The translations under genes were made by a program, and so were the position numbers. From Vicugna vicugna (lineage: Eukaryota): a stretch of 64,000 nucleotides of DNA. Below are positions 12,431 to 23,722 of the stretch, piece after piece (positions within the stretch are counted from its first letter, which is position 1; the number at the start of each line of letters is the position of its first letter). The notes under the pieces are model-generated. The model was not told the DNA's origin and ran no database searches. It worked only from the letters and a program-made list of their open reading frames with translations. Location of the stretch: contig MU058883.1 of assembly GCA_013265495.1 (NCBI GenBank), forward strand, positions 614,596 through 678,595. Direction: 5' to 3'.

Positions 12431-13304
12431 CTCCTGGCCTGTGTGGGGCCGTCCCGTGTGCTCGGACGTGCGGCGCCAGGATGGGGAGACCGTCGGTCAG
12501 CTCAGGAGGCGGGCGTGGGGGGGCAGGTCGGCAACGTGGGGGAGTCCGCCCCTTCACTCACCCAGCACCTGCGCCCGGTCTGTGCTCGTCCGTCTGTCGG
12601 GCACTTGGCTACACACAGACCCAGAAGCCCTGCCCTGCAGACCTCGGGCACAGTGGAGTGTAGATTAAACACTAACAGGACAAGTGCGCGGTCACAACGG
12701 GCTCCGTGCTATGGGAGAAAGCGGGCGTTTTGGAGTCTCAGCAGTGGGGTGGCCCCAGAGAGGGTCCAGTACTCAGGGCTGGGGGCGAGGGGCACCTGGG
12801 AAGGGGCAGCAGAGAGAAGGCCTGAAAACCCCAAGCTGTGGGCTTGGGGCCCTTGGCAGGAAGACTGGGGGGCGGGAAGGGCTCCAGGCAGGGACACAGA
12901 GGAGGACGGGACCCTGGGGGGAATGGGGGGCCTCTCCTGGCAGAAGAGTAGCCACTGGGCTGAGCTGCAGGCAAGCCACAGAGAGGGGTCCCCTAGGAGG
13001 GGCAGGGCAGGGGACAGGCGTGCAGACATGCTGCACCCACCGGGCAGAAGCTGGGGACTCCAAGAGGCAAGCAGACAGGATGGCAGTGGGCGGTGAGCGG
13101 CTGGCACCTGTGTCCCAGCACACCTGTGCGGCTCGTGGCTTGCTTAATTTTTTCAACCGTGAAAGTAATGCACCTTGAGAAGACGTCAAACCTAAGACGT
13201 TGTATGCAGTAAAGTGAAAGTTAAACCCAGGGCTGAGCAGCTCTTGAAGCACTCTCTGTGCCTGTCCCCTCCGAGGGCTCCAGCTGGGCTCGGCGGTGGC
13301 CTCT

Positions 13305-13400
13305 AGCAGCCGCTGTCACTGCCTCTCCTGGGCAGGCCGCCTGGCACCCCGAGACCCGACCTCTTCCAGGGACGGTCCCGCGCAGTGGGGCCAAGCCTTC
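13305..13400 (+). pseudogene. ANO7: Possible remnant of the ANO7 first exon
   Basis: gctgtcactgcct..ctgggcagg and gtcccg..cagtgggg weakly match the recalled human N-terminal coding region (MAATAWAG...CPAVR). It lies about 1.1 kb upstream of exon 2. No splice donor was identified. Confidence 0.3.
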
Positions 13401-14505
13401 CTCCACACAGGCCCCGTGGGGTGCCTCCTGCCCCGCCCCTGGTCTCTGTTAGTCCTCACACAGAGCGCAGCCCAGGGTCTGTGTGCGGAGGGTTTGGCCC
13501 CAGAGTCCTCAGTGCAGGCGCCCCCAGGCCACACGTGTCCCGCTGACAGGGCTCCCCGGGAAGGGTATGGGGGTCAGGGGCTCCAGCCAGGACGAGGGTC
13601 TGACTCCGGAACTCAACAGGCAGCAGAGGGCACCAGGGGAGTGGGCTGGGCGTGGCGAGTGGCCAAGGGGAACAAGGAGGGCTGGGACCCCCTCCTCCCC
13701 ACGGTGGGCAGGGCCGCTCCCCCTTCACAGGTGGCTGATAAGGTTGAGGTCACACCCAGGAAGCAGCAGAGCTGGCTCTCACCCCGGGTCCCCGATGTCC
13801 CCAGACCCAGCACACCCCCGGGTGAGGGTGACCCCAGCCCACACCTTGGCCGTCCCTGCCAAACCCCATGTCTCCCTAACCCTCTGCAGCTGCAGCTCCG
13901 ACAGCTGCTGGGCCGAGACCTCTGGGCAAATAAGGGGAGAGACACGAGCCGTGTCCCTCCCAGGGGTGGGGGGTGGCGTATGTGGACTGTGTGAAGGCTC
14001 TAGGAGCGCGGGCTGTCTCTGCAGAGCCCACGCTCCCTTCTCCAACAAAGACGGATCCTGTTCCAGGCGCTGGAGAGCCCTCACCGGCCGGCCGTGCCAG
14101 GCGCCTCTCCCGCCTGCTCCCAGATTCCCTGCCGGTGGGAAGGACACTGGGCCCGCACGGCCGGCCATCCTCCCCCCGGGCCCAGGACCCCCAGGAGGAG
14201 CCCAGGCCCCATCTCTACCTGTTAAAGGGTTGTCGGTGCCCCTGCAAGCCAGCAGAGGGGAGAGGGGTCTGCACTCTGGGCCCACCCTCTGGGCCTCTGC
14301 AGGCCCTGCCACCCCATGCAGGGCTGAGGGGCAGGTGGGCACTCCCTGGGTGGTGCTGGGCCGGCCTCCCAAGTGCTCCTTCCTTTACCTGGTCTGGAGC
14401 CAGGGCCGGACCCGGGGGGTTCCAGTGCTCCTAGGTCAGACCTGGGCCTACTCCAAGCCCTGTCCGCTCTGAAGTGGGCTCGCTAGGGGCCCTGCAGGGG
14501 CACAG

Positions 14506-14615
14506 GAGCAGGATGCTGCGCAGACAGGTCCCGGAAGAGGGCGGTGCTGTCCTGACCAGCGTGGTCCCCGGGCCAGAGAAGGGGGACTCCTACGGGAGCA
14601 TAGCCAGCCGCAGAG
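14506..14615 (+). pseudogene. ANO7: ANO7 exon 2 (start-codon exon), ATG at 14513
   Basis: cacag|GAGCAGG ATG; MLRRQVPEEGGAVLTSVVPGPEKGDSYGSIA versus human MLRRRAQEEDSTVLIDVSPPEAEKRGSYGSTA. 103 nt from the ATG versus 108 expected; inferred donor is gc. Confidence 0.75.
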
Positions 14616-15190
14616 GCAGCTACCCGCTGCCCGGCCCCCCGCCCTGCTGCCCAGCCCAGGCTCAGTCTGCTGTAGGTGTATGAAGGGGACACAGGGACCT
14701 GGGGACAGCGGCCCCTGCAACACCCACCGGGTCTTCCCTCCTGCTCCTCAGCAACCCCCAAACCCTCAGCTGCCCCAGCGATGGGAGAGGGGGTGTCCTT
14801 CACCCTCACTGTCGGGCCACCGCCCTGCGGGATGAGCAGAGATCCCCGGGACAGGCCAGATGAGGCCGCTCCAGGGAGGCCAGTGAGCCACCAGCAAGGG
14901 GAGACGCAAGGGGCTGCAGAGCAATGGATCAGTGCAACGTGTGTTGAAACAGTAATTCTTACAACACGACTACCTGTTCTGAGGGTTGAAAGGGCCCAGG
15001 GGCAGCAGGTGGGCCCGGGGAGGAGCAGGGACGCGGGCTGCACCCTCTGGGGTTGAGCGAGCACAGCAGAGAGGACTGGAGTCAGGTCTGGGTGGAGAGC
15101 GGGCACTGGCTGCGTCTGCTTCTCTGCTGCCTGCCAGGTCGTCAGCACACAGGTGATGGGGAGGGCCCGATCCCGGGGCAGATGCACGCA

Positions 15191-15345
15191 TCAGGGTCAG
15201 GGTCGGGGTCAGGGTGCGGGTTAATTGTAGACGGGCTAGAGAGGGTGAGGGTCAGCGCTATGGAAGGGTGAGGTTATGATGGGGTAGGTTTAGGCCAACG
15301 TAAGAGTCAGGGTCCAGGTTAGTGATGGGATGGGGGTTCGGGTCA
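15191..15345 (+). repeat. Degenerate telomere-variant hexamer tract (TCAGGG/TGAGGG/TTAGG) with a G4 motif
   Basis: tcagggtcagggtcggggtcagggtgcgggtta...gagggtgagggtcag...aagggtgaggttatgatggggtaggtttagg...tcagggtccaggttag. Confidence 0.7.
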
Positions 15346-16127
15346 CCCTGGGGCCCAGATGCCTTTTTAAAAGCGCTGGGGTGAGGGCACTAGGCCCAAC
15401 CTTGTCTCAGGCTCCAGCAGATCCCCAGGGCCCAGGGCAGCCACTGTGCGGCCCCAAGGATCCTGAAGGCCTCTGTCCGTGCCTCAGGCTCCCCCCAGTC
15501 AGCCTTGTCCCCAGGGTCAAACCCAGAGGAGGACACACCTCCTGGGGCCTGCAGAAAAGTCCCCACCTGCTGTGGGCCTTCTTTCCCCAAGTCCATCTCT
15601 AGGGGCTCCCCCCAATCCCTGGGGTCCACAGACACCCTAGGGGAGGCTGCTGGGGGAGATGCTGGGCCCCAGACCCCAGAGGCCCTGCTGCGGAGTGTCC
15701 TCTTGCCTGGTCTTCCTGGGCCCCCCTCTGCCTCCAGGGTGCTGCCCAGCCCCATGGCCTGAGAGTGGAAGGTGCCCCCCTCCCTGCCCCCCACAACACA
15801 GGTGCGATGAGCCTCAGAGAAACAGGCCTCACTCACCTGGAACGTCTAGAAACCGAAGGGTTCCACTTCCAGGGCCGTGACCACCTCTGGCCTGTCCGCA
15901 GGCACTGAGGGGCCGTCCAGCTCTTCTCCAGACTCTGGAGGCTGCACAGTGGGCACCCCTGGGTCCTGCCCAGGCTGCCTTCAGACCTAGCCCGGCCCAC
16001 AGCCCAGGCGGGGCGCTCGGCGGCCGTGGCAGCCCCTGGAGCAGCTGGAGAGGGCCCAGCTGGCCCCGCCCCCAAGCGTGTCTGCCCATGTGGCCAGACG
16101 CCACCACTCCTTGTCCCTTCCTTCCAG

Positions 16128-16185
16128 CCAGGTGGACACCAGGTGGCCGCCCACAAGGTGGGAAGCCCTGCCAAGCCCTGGATCA
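16128..16185 (+). pseudogene. ANO7: ANO7 exon 3
   Basis: ttccag|PGGHQVAAHKVGSPAKPWI|gtgacc versus human PGGQQAAACRAGSPAKPRI. 58 nt, frame intact. Confidence 0.85.
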
Positions 16186-16559
16186 GTGACCCCTCCCAGT
16201 ATCTGCCAGCTGTGCCCACGTTGGTGCTGGGGGTGGGGACACAGGTGGGGCGCCCACGGGTGGCAGGAGGACAGTGGCCCAGGTCACCGTCCTCAGTGAC
16301 CAGGCCTCCCCTTCCTCACCCAACGGCACCTCTTGAGCCAGCGCCAGCACCAGCTGCTGTGCTGGAGGATGGGGTGGGCAGGACACGCCCGGGAGACACA
16401 GGAAGGGGTTCCCCACAGACGGAGCGGCCCACCTCCTCACTCCCCAGCCCACTGCCCCGTCTGCCCCAAGCCACCGACATCTCCCCAGGGGCCTGCAGCC
16501 GCGCCCACCTGTGCTCCCCCTGGCCAATGCCACTCCCCACGCAGCACCAGGAAGACCCA

Positions 16560-16860
16560 TGTGAGAAGTAAACACCCCGAGCTCGAACCCACCAGGATGG
16601 TTGTTCTTTAAACAACCACAACAGCTACAAAAACAAAACAGAAAAGAGGTGCTGGTGAAGATGCAGAAAAATCGGGCCCCTCGTGCATTGCTGGCAGGAA
16701 CGCGGGTTGGTGCGGCTGCCGCGGAGGACAGCACGGTGGGTCCCCCAAAGTTAAGCCCAGAGCTGCCACGTGTGATCCAGCAATTCCACTTCTGGGTTTA
16801 TGATGGGCATTTGGGTTGTTTCCTTTTTTTGACTATTGTGATTAATGCAGCAATGAACTC
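16560..16860. mobile_element. L1 ORF2 3'-end fragments, plus strand (about 16560-16800) abutting minus strand (about 16801-16860)
   Basis: ggtgctggtgaagatgcagaaaaatcgg...gatccagcaattccacttctgggtt, then gatgggcatttgggttgtttcc...tattgtgattaatgcagcaatgaac. Confidence 0.65.
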
Positions 16861-16949
16861 ACATAGTTGTCCTTTCCACTCACTGTGTATTCGTCCTTCG
16901 TGGTCTGTGCATCCATCCTTGCACACCTGCACTTCCACCTGCAATTATG

Positions 16950-18420
16950 TCTTTCATGAAGAATTTCCTTTAGTGTTTCCAGTAGAGCAGATGTGCTGGG
17001 ACAAAATCCCTCAGATTTTGAAGGTTTGAGAATGTCTTCATTTAGCCTTCATTTCTGAAGAGCATTTCCACTGGACAAAGAATTCTAGTTTGCAGTATTT
17101 CCCCCAACACTTTAAAGACGTCAGTCCACTGTCTTGGCCGCCACTGTTTCAGTTGGGAAAGCCTGTGCCTATATTGTTATTGTGCCCCTGAAAAATAATG
17201 TGGTTTTTTTTTCCTCCTGCTGTTTTTTCCCATTTTATTTTTTATTGACGTGTAGTTGATGTACAATGATAGTTTCAGGTGCACAGCAAAGTGATTCAGT
17301 TGTGCAGATACGTACATACACACACTTTTTCTTTCGGATTCTTTCCCATTATAGGTTATTGAAAAATACTGAATTTAGTTCCCTGTGCTGTACAGGAGGT
17401 CCTTTTTGTTTATCATTTTACATACAGTAGTGTGTATCTGTTAATCCCAAACTCCTCATTTTTCCCTCCCCTCTTCCCCACTGGTAACCATAGTTTGTTC
17501 TCTATGTCCTCTAGACTATTTCTGGTTTGTAAATAAAATTTGTATCTTTTTTTAAGATTTCACGTGTAAGTGATATCATATGCTTCTTGTCTTTCCCTGT
17601 CTGACTTACTTCACTTAGAATGACAATCCCTAGGTCCAACCATCTTGCTGCAAATGGCGTGATTTCGTCTTTTTACGGCCGAGTGGTACTCCATTGTATA
17701 GACACACCACATCTTCTCTATGCGGTCATCTGTCGACGGGCACCGTCGAGGTGCTTCCATGTCTTGGCTGCTGTAGCTAGTGCTGCTTCTCCTGCTGTTT
17801 TTAAGATCTCGCCTTGTCTGTAACACAGCAAAGCTACGCTATACCATGGTTTTCCTACGTGTCAGTTTTTAAATCCTGTGTGGGGGTCATTGAGCATTTT
17901 GAGTCTTTGGATTGCTTTATTCCATCATTTGGAAACATTCGTGTTCACAGGTCGCGTCCTTCCTTCTCCCTCCTGGTTCTCAGGGCAGTCTGCTGGCCCT
18001 CTGACCGTGACCGCGACCGCCTTGCTCCCTGCTCTGCTCTTTCCATTCTTTTTCCTCTGAGCTTCACTTTCCTACTGGTCTAGCCTTAAGTTTGGCAGCC
18101 CTGTCTTCTGTTGAGTCTAGTCTATTATGAAACCTGTCCAACGAGTTCTTAATGTCATACGCTGTGTTCTGCTGTTTCAGAATGTTCGTTTGAACCCTTT
18201 TCATAAATTCTAATTCTCTCTTGAAATGTTCCAATTGTTACTCAGACCATTTCTTCCATTCTTTACTCCTTTTCCTCTTTTGACTTAATAACTGACATTA
18301 TTTATAGCCATCTTCTGCTGGCTGTATGGTTCATCTCTGGGTCTGCCTCTGCTCGTTCTGTGAACTTCCCATACAGTGTTGTTTTGTTCTGAAAGGCAGC
18401 CAGGTGACCGGCAGGTCGCC
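16950..18420 (-). mobile_element. Old L1M relic split by a younger L1 insertion
   Basis: tttgagaatgtcttcatttagccttcatttctgaagagcatttcc...ttgggaaagcc resumes after 17802 as ttaagatctcgccttgtct...tctagtctattatgaaacctgtccaacgagttc. Confidence 0.65.
17214..17802 (-). mobile_element. 5'-truncated L1 (about 560 bp) with a 14-bp target-site duplication
   Basis: TSD ctcctgctgttttt at 17214-17227 and 17789-17802, with a T-rich tail on the left. The minus-strand site reads TT/AAAAA. ORF 17611..17826 shows the ORF2 C-terminal motif KMWCVYTMEYHSAVK. Confidence 0.85.
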
Positions 18421-18820
18421 TGGGCCTGCTTGAGCTCGGTTCTGGGGGCTAGGACAGGCCCGCTTCAGCTCCGCGCTCCTTCCTAAGGCGCGTTTCTTCC
18501 TCTTATGGCACAGACTGTGCTCCTGGGGCACGGCCCGGGAGCCTCAGCTGGAAAGCCAGGGTGCGCAGCAGCCTCCCTCCTTTCTGTCTGGCCGCGGTTC
18601 CAGGGGGTCTCTGGTGTCCACCAGCCCCTTAGCTGCCTCAGTGTGTAAGCAAGCCAGGGCCCAGGGTTTCCTCACAGGCCTGTGGCTCTGGCCCCTCCAC
18701 GCCCCTCAAGCCCAGGGCCCTTCGCAGCCCCTAATTCTGACCACGCCTCCCCCAGCAATGCCTCTGCCCCTCTTGGGCTCCGTTGTCCTGCCCTGAAGTT
18801 TGGAAGATGCCCTTCAAGGG

Positions 18821-18938
18821 GAAGACCTGAGGTAGGGTCAGCAGCAGGACAGTGCCACCCTGGACAAGACGGGCGTGCAGGGGCGGGGGGGGCGCCTTCC
18901 TGGGTAAGCTGCCTGCGGCTGGGCTGCACGTGGAGCAG
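18821..18938 (+). pseudogene. ANO7: ANO7 exon 4 (3' part), containing a stop codon and a frameshift
   Basis: EDLR*GQQQDSATLDKTGVQ, then a frame change in the G-run at 18881-18893 to AFLGKLPAAGLHVEQ, versus human EDLKLDRQQDSAARDRTDMH..TFLDNLRAAGLCVDQ. TAG at 18833-18835, donor gcacgt. The 5' part (DFVLVW) is not recognisable. Confidence 0.85.
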
Positions 18939-19748
18939 GCACGTGGGGCTGGTTGTAGGCCCTGGCTCTGCACTCGTTCAGTGATTTGTGACCTTGCCCC
19001 ACAGGGCCTGAGGGTGTGGCGTCCAGAGCCTTGCAACAGATCAAGCCCCAGAGTCCTGCGGGGGGCCTCCTCCCTGAGCCCCCTACAGCTGCGGAACCAC
19101 TGACCGCAGGCCAGGTTATCTCCTCCTGCCGAAGCAGGCATCTGGCCCAGGACGGTCAGGGAACCCCTGAGGCTGAGAATCACTGATTTGGGAAGCAGGT
19201 GCACACAGAGAGACAGCAGACCCTGGAAATGAAAATTCCCCCTCTGGGCTCCGGGAGAGCCTGTCACGTCTGCACACGTGTGCACTGCCATGCCCACCCA
19301 CATCTGCACAGTCATGTGCTCACTTCTATCACATGTGCGTAACGCCCCCGGATACCTGGTGGCTTGTCGAAGGCCGAGACGCTGTTCACTGAAGCAGCTG
19401 GGTTTACTTCCCACTGAGGTCAGCGTGCTGCAGGCACCGGCGGGGGCGGGGGGCAGCTGGCAGCCTCGCGGTGTCTGTCTGTCCCTCCTTGGCTGACTTC
19501 CAAACAGGAGCAGCCCTGACAGTCGACTTCCTGGAGCAGGACCACAGAAGGAACTTGTCATTCATCAGATAGTTTAAAACCAGTGCTGGTCAGTTGCCAC
19601 CGTGGCTATAGGAAGCCTCTCTTCCTGAGTGTGAAAGGACACACACTCACATGTGCACACAAGTTCATAAAGATGACCACACCTGCGCACACACGCATGT
19701 GCAAGCCCACGTGTGCCCCAGGCTCTCACAGAGCCCCTGTCCCCGCAG

Positions 19749-19856
19749 CGTGACGTCCAGGATGAGGAGAGCGCGGTGCACTACCTCCTCCTCGGCGCCC
19801 CCGGTCCGTGCTCTGCTGTTGGCGCAGAGGACCTGCGTCTGCAGCTGCCCCTGCAG
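19749..19856 (+). pseudogene. ANO7: ANO7 exon 5 (net in frame, with an internal -1/+1 pair)
   Basis: ccgcag|RDVQDEESAVHYLLLGAPGPCSAVGAEDLRLQLPLQ|gtacc. 108 nt, the same as human. Confidence 0.9.
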
Positions 19857-20528
19857 GTACCTGGGGCCTTGTGGCGGGCAGAGAGAGGGCCTGGAGGTGC
19901 TCCCAGGAGCCAGGGTCCCTCGTGACTGCACCCCGTGTCCCAGTGCCACTGCCAGTGCTGGGAAGCCCGGGGCCCCCACTCCGTCTCTGCTCCCCCCAGC
20001 ACACGGCGCACCAAGAAGCCTCGCTGGCAAGTCAGATGAGGGGTGGCACCCGTGGTGGCTCGGGGAGGGGGGAGCAGTGCGGCAGCCAAGGCTCTGAGCT
20101 GACCACCTGGACCCCTCCAGGCGCAGACCCCCTCCAGGCCGCCCCCTGAGGGCCAGCTTTGCAGACAGGGGACACGGGGTGGAGGGGCTGCAGCTCCCGG
20201 CTGAACTCAGGATGGCAGGCTCAGGGCAGCTCTGCACCCAGTCTGTGGGCTCCCTTGGCCCAGCATGGCCTGGGGCTGGACAAAGAGACAGTCACCACCC
20301 CTTTGTCCCTTCTGCCATGAGAGGTTCTGGGCCTCAAACTGACCAGCAGAGCAGCCCTAGAGTCTGAGGCCCAGAGAGGGGAAGGGGCTTGCCTGGTCTC
20401 CCCACAGGGTCTGTAGCATGGCCCGGGGAGGGCGGTGCTGTTCCCTCGGCTGGAGCCCTTTCTCCCATTGCCCTGTTTGCAAACCCGCACACCCAACCCC
20501 ACCGCATGGCGTCCGTGTCCCCTTCCAG

Positions 20529-20665
20529 GAGCTGCCCAGCCAGGCCTCCAACTGGATGGCCAGCCCACTGGAGCAGCTGGGCGTCTCCAACATCCTTCTG
20601 GAGGAAGTGCCTGACGTGTCCCCCGAGTCCTACTCCTGCCAGTTCACAGCCAGTAAGCTGTCCAG
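20529..20665 (+). pseudogene. ANO7: ANO7 exon 6 (frame intact)
   Basis: ttccag|ELPSQASNWMASPLEQLGVSNILLEEVPDVSPESYSCQFTASKLS-R|gtgag. 137 nt. Confidence 0.92.
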
Positions 20666-21583
20666 GTGAGATGGCCCCACCCGGCCGGCCGGGCAGACTC
20701 ACATGGGTCCCAGGCCTGACGAAGAACCAGGGATGAAGAAGGAACAAGTGAGAACTAAAATGTGGGGCTCTCCGCCTAAACGCTCCTTTCCAGAGCTTTT
20801 CAACTAGAGGCCATCAGTCCCAGGTGTGCAAGCTCTCAATGCATGTCCGCTTCACCTACGTGTCATCGTATCAGTCAGAACAGTCAGGTTGTGGTGTGGA
20901 ACGAGCACCCCCCAGCTCAGTGGCTGGACTCAGAGCTCCGCTTCCTGCTCAGCCATGGGTCTGTGGTGGGTGGGCCCGGGAGGGTGGAGGTTCCCTCTCA
21001 CACAGAAAGTGCAGGTGGCGTGTCCACACTGGCTCCTGGAAGCCCCGCTGGAGACGCCTCTTCCATGGACCTGTTACTGGCCAAAGCGAGTCACACAGCC
21101 ACAGCCAGCATGCAGGTTAGGGCGGCGTCAGGCCTGGTGGGGACCCGCGTGGGTGACCAGCACCAGAAACTCCCTCAGGGTCTCACTGCCCACGCTGAGA
21201 ACACCTGCTTTCTGGGCTGGGGGGAGATTCAGCCTTCCTCACTTTTGCCCTACCCCAGGGCTTCCCAAGACTCTGGTGTCCCAGGGAGGGCCCTCGGGTC
21301 AACCATCTGGACACACAGGCCACCATCAGACACCTCCCAGAGAGAGGCCTGTGGCCCCGAGCTCGGAGCTTCAGGAGACACACAGGTGGCCATGGGACCC
21401 TCTGCCCAAGCGCAGTCCACTCCTTCTGCCCTGTGAGGGGTTCTGCTGCAGCCAGAGAACCTGCCGTGTGCTCCTGCCTCTGGGAAAGAAGAGGCACAAC
21501 GGGAGCTGCCCGTGCTGCCCAGGGCCCGCGGCTGCGGCCCGAGGCATGGGGTAGGCCTGGGCCCAGCGCCCCTCACCCTGCAG

Positions 21584-21642
21584 GGTCCTCGGCAGTGGCG
21601 ACCTGGACGCCTTCTTCCCCAGCACCTGCAAGGCACCACATT
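21584..21642 (+). pseudogene. ANO7: ANO7 exon 7 (+1 frameshift)
   Basis: VLGSGDLDAFFPST, then RHHI in a shifted frame, versus FLGSDNQDTFFTSTKRHQI. 59 nt versus 58. Confidence 0.85.
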
Positions 21643-22469
21643 GTGAGCAGGGTCCTGCCGTAAGCCCCGCGCCCTGACCCAGGCCTGAAAGGCTGCAGCC
21701 CCAGAAACTCTGCCCCCCGGGAGCAGAGGCCCCCGTGGATACAGGAAGACCTTTCTGCATACTGACCAGAGGGACAGTGTCCCCGGCCGGAGACCCCAAG
21801 GTGGGGCCAGAGGCTCAGAGGCCACCCCTCCTCTCTCCACAAGGGGAGCACATCCCCAGGCTGCAAAGGCAGAGCTGGCCCGCGCTTCTCGGGGACCCCA
21901 GGGACCCAGTTGGGTCTCACATTCAAGGGTTTGTGGGACAGACAGCCAAGACTGCTGGGCCAGAGGGCGGGGGGCCCTGTTGGCCAGTGAGGCAGGGAGC
22001 CAAGGGCCAGAGCAGACCAGCAACTGCAGCGGCCTGAGAGGGGCGGGCAGAGCTGGGCCCCCCGGGGGCCTGTGCTGGGGCAGCGGCTGGGATGGGACTG
22101 CCCAGCAGAACCGGCTGCTGACAACCGAAGGCCCAGGCCACGTGGGCTGCCCCTCAGGGGCCAGGCCCCCCCAAGACAGGCCTCCAGGTGGAGGCTGACC
22201 CCTGCCCAGACCGAGGGTCCATGCAGAGTGGGCTGCGCTTGGCCAGGGCATGGGTTCAAACCCAGACATGACTGCCGTGAGCCAAGGCCTCCCGTCTACA
22301 AAGAGGGGTCGTGCCATGTGGGCCGGTGACATGAGCAGGACCTGGGTGTGTCTTCACCGCTGTCACCAGGGGCCCCAAGAGGCCACCCGTGGGCTGAGTC
22401 CCAAGACAGGAGGGCCAGGATGTCCCTGCCCCGCTGTCCTGTGACTGGTGCCTTCCCCACCACCCGCAG

Positions 22470-22580
22470 CTGTTTGAGATCCTGGCCAAGACCCCCTACG
22501 GCCACAAGAAAAAAGGCTTGCTTGGGATCGACCAGCTGCTGGGGGAGGCTGTCTTCAGCGCAGCCCTCCCCCTGCATGAC
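22470..22580 (+). pseudogene. ANO7: ANO7 exon 8 (donor GT>AT)
   Basis: ccgcag|LFEILAKTPYGHKKKGLLGIDQLLGEAVFSAALPLHD|atgaat. Confidence 0.92.
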
Positions 22581-23557
22581 ATGAATCCTGGGGCCGGAGG
22601 GGCCCAGCTGGGTTGGGGCGGGAGGCTCAGGCTGCCGCCAGAGGGTGAGTGTCTGGATGAGGAGGATCCCAGGTCCTGCCCAGGCATGTGAGGCAGCGGG
22701 CCCTGCCCTCCCACGACGGCAGCTGTGGTCAGCAGCACCCCTGTGCATGACTGGGCCCGGTGTGGCCTGCGGCGCGCCCACCACGGGCCCAGTCTCCCTG
22801 GGCGGCTTCCCTCTCAGGGAGGAGGGGGAGGTCTCATGTGCCTGTCACATAGCGAGGTAAACCGAGGCATCGCCAGGGAGGGGTGCTCACCTCGCCAGCG
22901 GCCACAGTACCAGACTCGTCAGCCTTACCATCACCCCTGACAAAATGTCCCCCCTCTGGGTCTGGAGGCTGTTGACTCCCCGCCCCTGCAGCCGCCCACC
23001 ATGAGGCCCTCAGAGTTGCAGGGAGGGGCGACGGGGCCTAAGGGCCCCAGGTCAGTCCCCCACCCACTGCTGTGTGACCCTGAGATGCCACCGAGGGGTC
23101 AGTGAGGGCGTGCACAGGGAGTGGCCCAGTGCCCACGCCCGGCACCCCCTCACCCAGGGGCATGCTCTCCCTGCTGGCCGGGGCCGGGACGGCCTGCCCC
23201 ACTGGCCTGGCCATGGCCAGGGACTGCCAGATCCCTGCCCGGAGACACGGATCCCACTGACCACAGCCACCAGCTCCTCCCAGGGCCGCCCTCCAGGCCC
23301 CTCCACTGCCCTGGACCTGGAACCTGGGAGCCCCAGGCCAGGGGGCTTAACACAGATGTGCGCTCCTCAGAGGGGCCTTCCTGGATGCCAGCCCCCAGCG
23401 TGACCCTTTTGTCCTCAGCAGTCCTGAGTCCCGGGGTTTGTCTGGCCGTCTGCCCACAGTGGGGGTGCTGAAGCCCCCAGACCTAGAATAGCGTCTGGTG
23501 GGGGAGGATGCCCGGACCATCCTGGGATCTCCCTGCCCGATGGCTTCTCATCCCCAG

Positions 23558-23722
23558 GGCCCCTTGGTGGTGCCCCTAGAGAGTCCGCGGGCTCTGGGCC
23601 TCAGCCAGCAGCAGGTGCTGCTCCAGCGCTGGGCCCGCGGGCACCAGTGGAACGAGTACCAGCCTCTGGACCAGGTGCGCCGGTGCCCGGGGAGAAGACG
23701 GCTGCCCCTTTCACCTGGCTCG
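23558..23722 (+). pseudogene. ANO7: ANO7 exon 9 (-1 frameshift near 23688)
   Basis: GPLVVPLESPRALGLSQQQVLLQRWARGHQWNEYQPLDQVRRC, then GEKTAAPFTWL in a shifted frame. 165 nt versus 166. Confidence 0.9.

Noticed and set aside
12500-14505. Androgen-response element or defined ANO7 promoter
   Set aside because: No convincing AGAACAnnnTGTTCT was found by eye. The AT-rich patch at 13140-13230 is suggestive but unsupported.
16560-16860. L1 5' inversion by twin priming
   Set aside because: The two fragments meet tail-to-tail, not head-to-head as twin priming predicts. Separate fragments or a later local inversion are more likely.
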